Assembly (NCBI GenBank): GCA_964016885.1
Contig: OZ024742.1
Coordinates: 241,180,001-241,244,000, forward strand
Reading direction: 5' to 3'
Source: Eledone cirrhosa
Lineage: Eukaryota
DNA length: 64,000 nt
This document shows positions 54,262 through 64,000 of the stretch, in pieces (position 1 is the stretch's first letter; each line of letters starts with the position of its first letter). A model generated the notes under the pieces. It saw only the letters and a program-made list of their open reading frames with translations. It was not told the DNA's origin and did not search any database. The position numbers and the translations under genes were made by a program.

Positions 54262-54742
54262 TATTAAAATAACAGTCTTCAATTTTATTATTATTACTAT
54301 ATATATATACATATATATATGTGTGTGTATATATATATTTATATATATACATATAATATATATGTATATACATTTACATATTCATGCATTCATTGTATAC
54401 GTCAAATATCTATATACAGTAGAGTGTCTGGTAGAAATATGCTTGAAAGCCGAAAGCTATCGTTACCAAATTTTTAAAATACAAACTTCGTTTACTGGCG
54501 ATTTCATTTTAACAACTTAGATATTCTTGCAGCTAATTTTGTTTCTACCATTATTGGTATTGTTGTTGTAGTAGGTATTGTTGTTTTGATGCTGCTACTA
54601 CTACTACTGCTTTCTTTAGTATACTGATAAAGAACAATGTATAGCTATGAAAGTATTGACGCGGAACTTTCTAGGTGCGTTTGCCAAATTGAATGTCTGA
54701 TTGTGATTTACGGTGTGTGTATAACTAGCTGTGTGCTTTAAA

Positions 54743-54879
<137 letters not shown>

Positions 54880-55149
54880 CGAGCCAATCCTCTATCTATC
54901 TATCTCTCTTGGTAGCTGGACGCACACAATTTTGCTGGTAAGTTTCTGTCAATTTATTTACAAAAAACAGAAATTCTTGTTTAAAAAAACACATTGTTTT
55001 GTAGATTAACCCCCAGGTTGAATTGTCAGCTGGGTGGCAATCTCACTTTTCGCCCCCACAGGGGCTTTCTTTCTTTTGTTCGTTCGCTCGGTTTTCGTCA
55101 AAGCAGAATCGTCTCCACACCTTAAACTTATATGGGTTTCTATGAAGAC

Positions 55150-57680
55150 CTATAGTGACCTGAAAAATAAATTTTCACAAGACGTGGGCAACCCCTGTAA
55201 GAAACCCATCAACCGCGTCCTGTTAAAATGTTTCCCCACCCAAACCAACACCTCCTCCAGCACCCAAATGGAGATTGAACAACCCGATCTCCAGGAAACG
55301 AAAAGGTAGGTGCACCTTTTCGTCCTTTTTCTCCAACTCTTCTCCCCCAACCAGGGCCAACCTTTTAAACGACCTTAGGTCACACGGTATGTATATGATA
55401 GCCATCACCGAGTCCGGGATCCACAACAGGCAGCAACTAACCCCCATCTTTGACGACTTTGAGATCTACGCATCTCTCTGTCAGCCAGGAGGTGAAAGAA
55501 CCTGGACGTCGAAGTACAGCAAATACACTTGGACCCGGAAGGTAGACTGGTAGTCCTAGACGTGAACAGTATTGGAGGTGGAGCCTTCAGACTGGTGGCC
55601 GTTTATGCCCCGGCCGGGCAATCGCAATCACGGCCAGACTTCTTTAAGGGTCTAGAGTCTTTTCTGGGAACGTCTCGCTCCTTACTTTTAGTGGGGGACT
55701 GGAATGGTATCCTAGATTCACAAGGGGATTATGTGGGAGCATTTCCCAGTAGAGGGGGGGGGGGGTGCAACATCCTCAAAACTTTAATCGGCCAATTCCA
55801 ACTGGCCGATAGGTATCGACTGGATTTCCCGACTGCACCACAGTGGACGTGGGCAAACCGCAGCCGGACATCTAGATCGTATTTAGATAGGTTCTTCATT
55901 AGAGAAAGGGACAAGGAGATGTTAAGCTGTCCACGAATGCACATGGTTGTCTATTCAGATCACAAATTAGTCGTCTGCATAGTCAACCGTGACAGCACAC
56001 ATGCTCTAGGAAACAAAGGAGTGAAAGCTGTCAGCTGGGCCCGAGTGGCGGAAGCAAAAGGTGGCAACAAGTCCACGATTCGGTCTTTGAAAGACCAAAA
56101 CGGACGCGTGCTACTTGACCCCAAGCAAATGTGTGCGGCCTTTAAGCAGCACTTTGCGTGACTGTTTGAGCAGAACGACGGTGAGCCGAACGGGGCAATA
56201 GACTTTAGTTCATACTTCGAGGGCCTGCCGCGGCTCTCGAGCACGGACGCCGAGTTCTGCGAAAGACCGATCACGGACATTGAGATACGGGACGCTCTGG
56301 ACCGCTGCGAGAAACGCAAGTCACCCGGTCTAGATGGTCTACCCTACGAGTTTTACATAGGCATGCCGGACTTGTTCTCTGGCATCCTCGAAGCCGTCTA
56401 CTGCAATTGGCAGCAGAACGGGTCAATTCCCAGTTCTGCAGGCAAGGGCGTAGTAACGCTGATCAGGAAAGACGAGAACAAGGGGGACGAAATTAACAAC
56501 TTCAGGCCCATAACTCTGCTCAACACAGAGTTAAAGATTTTGGCCAAGGTACTAGCGACGAGGTTAGCGCTTGTCGTCAAGAACCTGGTAGGGAAAGCGC
56601 AAACGTGTGCAATCCCGACCAGGTCCATACACGACAACCTCCACCTCATGCGATACATCATAGAGAGGGTGGGTAGTAAACCCGGCTTCGGTTCAATTTG
56701 GATCAGTCTAAGGCATTCGATAGGGTCGACCATCGATACATGGAAACGGTTCTCAAGGCGGCCGGTTTCGGTCCCGTTTTCAGAGGCTGGATCGAGGCGA
56801 TGCACTCCAGCATCTGCTCGAGCGTCAAGGTTAATGGCTATCTATCGGAGCCGTTCGCAATCACGCGTTCCATTCGACAGGGGTGCCCTCTCTCCTCCAT
56901 TCTGTATGTATTGACTCTAGAGCCACTACTGCGGAAATTGAAGCTGTTGTAGGACATCCCTCTAGAACCGGGACTGCGCAAAGCGGCGTCGGTAATGGTG
57001 TCGAGCACCTCGGAAATCGGGGTGGTCGGCAACTTACTGAAAGAATACGAAACGCTGACGGAAGCAAAACTAAACCCGGACAAGTCTATCGGTTTTCAAC
57101 TCGGTACGTGGAGAGGCTAACCGATGACGTCCGACAGCGTCGTTGGACGCTGGACGGACTGACCGGTGAAATTGCTCGGGGTCTGGTTCAGTCCAGACCT
57201 CCAGGTGGAGAAAAACTGGACGAGGTTACGGCCAAGGTGTTTGCGCTCACCCAGAAGTGGGCAGAGTGCAAACTATCCTTGAAAGGTCGAGCGGAGGTGG
57301 CGAACACTTTCATAGCGCCCGTCATCTACTACCGCTTGACTGTCGTGCCTTGTCTCCGTGAACACCTCGCCAAGTTGGAAGGCATGCTCTTCCAGTTTCT
57401 GTGGAAGAAGCAGGCTCTGCTGGTGAGGAGATCCGTCTGCTGTCAGCACCCTTCCAACGGAGGGCTGAGAATGTCGTGGCTGATGATGCGCAAACATGCG
57501 CTGAGGCTGCGGCATTTCCAGGTATTCCTCACCGACCCCCAATCGGTGTGGGCACCGTTTGAGACAGGCTTTCCCGCAGCTCGTCTCGCTGACGGAGCTG
57601 CAGTCCTGGGTGAAGAAAAGACTGAAAACGATGGGCGCCTGGCACATTGAATGCGCTCAGGGGCTCACAGTCCTCTAGCA
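55150..57680 (+). mobile_element. Second Tx1/L1-like LINE, degraded, 3'-truncated
   Basis: AITES, VAVYAP, LVGDWN, SYLDR, SDHKLV, KSPGLDGLPYEFY, NFRPITLLNTELKILAKVLA, DQSKAFDRVD, IRQGCPLS; colinear with the 22352-26311 copy. Confidence 0.92.
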
Positions 57681-57957
57681 AGCGGGCACAGGTTTGTGGT
57701 TTTTCTCGTATCTGCGAGAAAAACCACAAACCCTCCATCTCAATTCTACTTTTGAAAAGCATAAGAACTGAGAAACCACTAAAAGAAACAACAAATAAAT
57801 ATTCTTAAAAAGACTCCAGTTGCATTTTCGATTTCTTCTCCTTATACTTTCAGTTGTTTTTTTTTTCATTTAAAAGAACACCTAATTTTCTTATATATAT
57901 ATATATATTATGGAATACTGTTGGCTTTTTGCTACAATATTTTCTATACCTTTCATT

Positions 57958-58033
<76 letters not shown>

Positions 58034-58899
58034 CACATTCATAAAGGTGTCTCAACATTTTCGCTTTAGTTACCTAATCAACGTAATTGTAATTCTCCGC
58101 ACTATCTTTGGCATTACAGGGAGAAAAATATAACCACACTTCTACAAATTCTACAAACATAATACCAACGACCTGAAAATAAATCAAATAAAAGCAAAAA
58201 CAAAAAACAAAAAAAAAAGTCTTAGAAGGTAAAATTAATAATGCTTCTTCATTTTCAGAACTAGAGATAAGAACATAAATTATTTTCATGAACTTATAAA
58301 TAACAGGGAAATAATATAACAGATAGCTGACTAAAGAAAAGCATAAAGGAAACGCCGGGGAAAAAATTACAGCCCTGAAAAATAAGTACAAGACTCGAAG
58401 GAAGTATATAAATTTAAAGAAAGTTAAAGAATAACAGTTATTCCCATTGAAATAATAAGCTAGCTGCTAATTTCCTTGAATATAAATTCTTCTGGTTGAC
58501 TATTAATCATAAATATATTAAGACATCCCGAGCGAGGAATATAATTGAGCATAGAGAATGAGCAAGTGTGTGTGTCTGTGTATGTGTGTGTGAGAGGGGG
58601 GAGAGGAAGAGAGACAGTGGTTGTGTGGTGTGTGTGAATATATGATAAAAAAGAAGGCAAAAAAATATTAAATAAACACTTATTGCTTACGAGAATTTTG
58701 TTTACATACAGCAAGATTCGAAATTTCAGAAGTATGGGAAGAAATTTCTAGTAATATTGTTTGTCCAGAATTTTTTCTGGAATACCGATTTTTGTCTCTC
58801 AAGGTAAAAGAGAAAAAAGATAAAGAAAGAAATTGTTACAGAAGAAAATTGAAAAGAAATGATAAATAGGAAAATGAAATATTTCTATATTGACATTAT

Positions 58900-59636
58900 T
58901 TATCGTAATTTGTCTGAGAAAATAGCAAAATAAAAACAAAAAATACGTGATAAAAATATACACGTGATCATATATAATGTATATCAATATATGAAGTGTA
59001 CAAGGAATAAAATGTATGCAGCTTCATTTTCATAGTATTTTTATGGTATTTCAGCTCCATCGTATTGACAGAAAATGGGCAGGTGAATCGAATGAAATTC
59101 TAGTAGCGAATTCTCATTGAAACTATGTCTGTTCTCCTAAGACTAACACCTAAACCAGCTATGGTATGTTGAAAACTCTTTGAAGAGTTAAAGGAAAGTT
59201 ACTCAATTAGAATTTATTTGGATCAGTTATATTTTGTAACGGAAACAAAATAGCGTAAGATAACTATAGATGAATGCCCAGCCTCAGTGAGTGAATCTAG
59301 CATAAAAGATCGGATCGGATATGCGGAAAGAAACATTTAAGATATTGTTTGTTCTATCCACATGTAAATTTTATTATTAGTGAGAATATAACATAAAAAG
59401 TGTGGTGTTGTTTCTACATAGTGATGACGTGTTTTCAGAGAAGTATTTAACAACTGAATAGTCTTTTAGTTAAGTTGAGTTTAATGTAAATTTACTAAGG
59501 ATTTATACTAAAAATGAGATCAAAGTTTCATAACTGATTCATCTTAATCGGAACTATTCTATTAAATGCGGGAATATGAAAGATGTACGAACTAGTAATA
59601 TTTTAAAGACTGGATTTAAACTAATATTTGTTTAAT
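58900..59636. repeat. Direct repeat of 32545-33281
   Basis: Near-identical sequence. Confidence 0.92.
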
Positions 59637-60584
59637 TCTAACCACATGTCTGGAGTACCGGAGCTGTGAACTCTCGATTCGGGGAAGTAGTGACTCTGCC
59701 TGGAGAAACACTCTGATCACCGAGTTACGCATTCAATCGAATAATGTTACTCAAAAGGCAGTTTCTGTCGAAGAAAAAAATTGATGGACAGATTTTGCTG
59801 ACAAAAGCAACCATCCAAAGAGCCATTGGTAGACCAGGAGTAAGGTAATTGGATAGGATCCACGAGCTCGATTGGTCTCACATCAGGATACATTCGACTC
59901 ATTTGCTTCAGATAGGACTCCCTAGAAGGCGTGCCTGGGGACTCTGCCTTCTCGACATATCCAGGAATAAGTGGACAATGAAGAAGATATAATATCAATG
60001 ACTGTTTTGTTAACGGTTAGTATATATATATTGTAAACTTATTAACACATATATCAATATCGATTTGCTATATTCCAAGCAAATAAATAAGCTGTCACAG
60101 TAATATTAAGATTGTTGTTTCCTTTGCATGAATAAAAATGATTAGATGACACGGTGTTATATGATGAGCTACGGGTAGGGATTCACCAAATATTACAGAA
60201 GTCCTTCATCTATTTGTGGGTGAGCTCTTTCATATAAAAATTTGAAAAACAATCTTATCCTTTACAGCATTTTGTAATATATCCAATCTTTCCAATGTTG
60301 TATATTTATATATATAGTCGTCGAAACGGCTTGAGCTCTGCCGTCGGGGTCATACCTTTTCCTATTACCCACTCTACTACCCTAAGTATTGAGTACTGTG
60401 GTGTGTTATGGTCCGTCTGGTTCCTTACCACAATTCCTTCGTTATATATATATATATATACAGTGTTCCCCCAAAATATATACACACTTTTATTAGAATG
60501 CTGGTGAAGTGTGCATACATATTGGGGTGTGTGTATATGTGTGTCTAGAGAGAGAGCGAGAGATAGACAAATAGATAGATATCG

Positions 60585-60621
<37 letters not shown>

Positions 60622-60704
60622 AAAAGTAAACGGAAACATCAAAGCAAAGAAAACAGTACAATGAAGAACTATATTGTTTAGCGCTTCATATAGTAGGAAA
60701 AGAG

Positions 60705-60735
60705 TATTTACGTTTCGGACACCTTCATCTGATTA
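60705..60735 (-). ncRNA. Degenerate minimal hammerhead-like motif
   Basis: CAGATGA-AGG tgt CC-GAAA-CG-TA; stem I poor. Confidence 0.35.
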
Positions 60736-61169
60736 TAGAATGAGAAATAAAAAAATGAAATAGAAAAATAGACAGTGAGAAGAAGAAGGAACGGAAAACA
60801 TTTTCTTTTTTAGAAATGCACGTGTATTCATTCAGCTACTATATTATATAATCTTGCCAAAATTATGCTATAGGAAAAGCGATATAAAATAGAAGGAATA
60901 TATTTCATTAGTAGCTAAATGCATTTTATTCTGAATAATACCAAACACTACTTTAGTAAAACCTAGAAGACAGTGTTTAAAGAAATGTTTGCCTTTTCTG
61001 TCTCAGCCCCGCTTTTCGCCCTCCCTCTCTGCCGTATATATATATGTATATGTATATATATGCATGTATGAAATTTAAATATTGACATAGTTGAAAAACG
61101 AGATATTCTCAGAAAAGCCCTAATTAGTAGAACATATTCTTTTGAAAAAAAATGCGCGCGGGTATAACG

Positions 61170-61423
61170 CATGCGTAACCCAAGTACAAAGCACGCAGTT
61201 CACAGTAACAAGATAGTGTAGCACATAACAATGGAGAGACACAAAATAACAAATTAGTCACTGACAACAAAGAATATGTGACTAAAGAGCTTTGACAATA
61301 AACAAATAAACAACCATCCGGTTAAGAAACTAACTTTATAATAAATTGAATTGAAAACCAACAGGGGCGTGTGTTTTTATTGGCAGCATGACCCTCCTAA
61401 AATATAACAATATCTGCTTCAAT
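61170..61423 (+). mobile_element. Family D copy with a decayed HHR at 61257-61296
   Basis: GTCA-CTGACAA..GTGAC-TAAA-GAGC-TT-TGAC; ends catgaccctcctaaaatataacaatatc. Confidence 0.7.
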
Positions 61424-61482
61424 GACACACACACGCACACACACACACACACACACACGCACACACACACACGCACACACAC

Positions 61483-61632
<150 letters not shown>

Positions 61633-62374
61633 CATTCCAAGTAATCAGATTAAGCACTTCACTGCGTGGGAACCATAAGGTATTACCTATATCGTATCAG
61701 ACGAAGTCTCAATATTATAAAAAAAGAAGAGACGGCATCACATATACATCTTCAGTTTATTACATCATCCTGTTATCCACATTTCAAAGACATCAAAGTT
61801 GTCGTGTAACAATTATTTTATGTGTTGTCACCAGACAGGTATTTAGGTGTAATGTTATTTTGCTTTTGTTTTTCTATGCTCGCCATAGTATAGAACTCGA
61901 TATTGGCAGATATAAATGAGCATATGATGTACAAACGTTGGCATGAAGCAGGCTAAGGGTGGGGGATACAGCTTGTTACCTGTGGGTAGTTGCGGTAGGT
62001 CGCTGGACTAAAAGTGTCAACTAATTCTGGTCATCAACTTCGGAGTAAAATGTAGGCTGATAAACTTAATTATTTATTTTCTTCTTATTTTTTTGTATAT
62101 TTACGGCCCAGTTGATTGGAAGCTTTGATATTACAAGAGTGGTGTCCTGCTGGCGCCAAATTTAAACCCAAAGAAGTTTAGCGCGGTCCCCTGTGATGTA
62201 TATGGGAGTAAAGGTGAGAGTTGCATGTATAGGTAGGTTATACAAAGATTTCTGGGACAGTGTGATTTAGTAAGGTTTAAAACTATATATAAAACCACAC
62301 GTTCACAAACACCTAGACAGCATACGGGTACGCACAAGCATAGTCTAGGTCTAAAGTCTGTCTTAAGCCAGAAG

Positions 62375-62628
62375 GCTTATTTGGCTGGTGCTTATCCCAG
62401 TTTCATGGCGTGAAGTGACTGAGAGTAAAATACTCCCCCTGGACAGGACGCCAGTCCATCGCAAGGTTAAACCTCCAGCTATTGCTGGTTCTCATTTCCA
62501 GCTGAGTATACTGGAGCTACGTGAAATGAAGTGTTTTGCTCAAGAACACAACACACAACCCAGAAATCGAGCCCACGACATTATGATCATAAGTCCAACA
62601 CCCTTACCACTAGGCCACGTGCTTCCAC
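62375..62628 (-). mobile_element. tRNA-derived SINE (second family)
   Basis: A-box TGGCCTAGTGG, B-box-like GGCTCGATTTC, body cttgagcaaaacactt..gactggcgtcctgtccagggg. Confidence 0.75.
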
Positions 62629-63742
62629 AGGCATAAGCATAGAGGGGTATATGAAAAAAATATTTATCCCAAAGCATACATGAATGTAATGGTTATGCCC
62701 CATCGTAAATACGGAAGTGCATAGTTGCAAATATGCAAATATGCGAGTACAGGCAGACTATGCCTCATGCATGTATACAGGGCAGATGCAATAATTGTAG
62801 ATGTCAGCGGGGAAAAATATCTCCCACAGAGTAGGTGGTTAGTAATTAGCGTGATTAATGAATTGAAGTGTAATATGTCTACCGAATCGAGGTGTTATAG
62901 GATCATTAGTAGAGCTATCTAGGGGAAGTAGAAGGGCGTGGCCGTCCGTAAGAAAGACAGGCCTGTGTATTAACACAATGAATTACTAGAGGGTTTTGAA
63001 GTTAAGTAATCACTTAAGCAAGTTCACGCTAAAGAGTTTGGTACGAACAAAACTAACTACAGATTCTAAGGAAAGTTTTAGATATCTTGTCCCTACATGT
63101 GTTGAAGAAGTCCAAACGCTTGTTGAATATTTGGGGCACACCCTGTATAAAATGTGTATCCAAATACCGGCCTGATCATTTGCTTCTGTGCTCACAGCTC
63201 AAATAATTACTGCGCATATATTGTCTAGCATTTATTTTCTATTCTAAAACCAACACCTTACACCGACATCAGTCATATTTACTACACCAATATGGATATA
63301 GGCTATGTTTTTTTTTTTTATATAAGTGTTCGTTTTACAGTTTCTATTTGTTTTCTTTGCTTTCATTTCTTTTTTCTTTTTTCTTTTTTCTTTTTTCTTT
63401 TTTCTTTTTTCTTTTTTCTTTTTTCTTTTTTCTTTTTCGTATATATTTGGCAGTATATTTATTTATTATTTTATATATTTCTACCTTTTATTTTTAAGGA
63501 GGAAATAAATACTGAAAGATTTCTGCGAAGTTGCCGATTCACAGCAGATTGATTTGAACACCTTTATTTAGTATACGACTGAATCTCAGGTGCAGCCTCT
63601 GCCTGTTCAGCCATATTTGAAGCATATTTTGATTTACAGGATTGCCAGAAGATATTTCTGTTTTTCACTTTCTATTTCACATTCTTTCATCTTCTCTTTA
63701 ACTTTCCGCTTTCTTCATCACTCTAATTTTATATATATATAA

Positions 63743-64000
63743 TACGTAAATGTTGGGTCTAACCACCCCATCTCTATAATTAAATCTATCCCTAAAAATA
63801 TTTCCCTTAGAATCTCGGGTCTATCTTCTAACATACAAGTATTTAAGGAACACGCCGAGTACTACGATAACGCCCTTAGTAAAGCAGGCCACCTCAACAA
63901 AATAGAGTATATAGAAGGGAACAATCAAAACACCCAAAATAAATCCCACATAGGTAGATATAATAACACAACACCAAACCACACTTACTACCATAGTATG
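63743..64000 (+). pseudogene. Start of another 5'-truncated Naiad-like PLE (RT C-terminus), running off the window
   Basis: YVNVGSNHPISIIKSIPKNISLRISGLSSNIQVFKEHAEYYDNALSKAG, directly after (TA)n. Confidence 0.85.

Noticed and set aside
59640-60010. GC-richer stretch and ORF 59747-59998 as a host exon
   Set aside because: No recognisable domain in the frames examined and no convincing splice sites; origin unknown.
61940-63230. Very old PLE 3' end (IFNKRLDFFNTCRDK) with a decayed HHR near 61970-62036
   Set aside because: Suggestive but too degenerate to call without an alignment.

Overview
This is AT-rich, microsatellite-saturated eukaryotic DNA, most likely an octopus (cephalopod) genome, judged from recurrent copies of a ~220-bp Octopus-type SINE recognised by eye. 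No intact host gene can be supported. Nearly all listed ORFs are (TA)n/(CA)n artefacts or transposon remnants. Mobile elements present: several Penelope-like elements (PLEs; one Neptune-like, several Naiad-like, RT plus GIY-YIG), two Tx1/L1-like LINEs, two RTE-like LINEs, two CRE-like fragments (one with an N-terminal PHD finger), three Helitron-type elements, MITEs and SINEs. The most striking unannotated signal is a dense set of type I hammerhead ribozyme (HHR) motifs from about ten sequence families. They sit mostly in fold-back (inverted) insertions embedded in (TA)n tracts. One is a head-to-tail 545-548-bp tandem with one HHR per unit (retrozyme/circular-RNA-like). Others are unusual core variants (no stem II; CAGAAGA core). 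All folds, homologies and coordinates were read by hand, so boundaries are approximate and ribozyme activity is untested.
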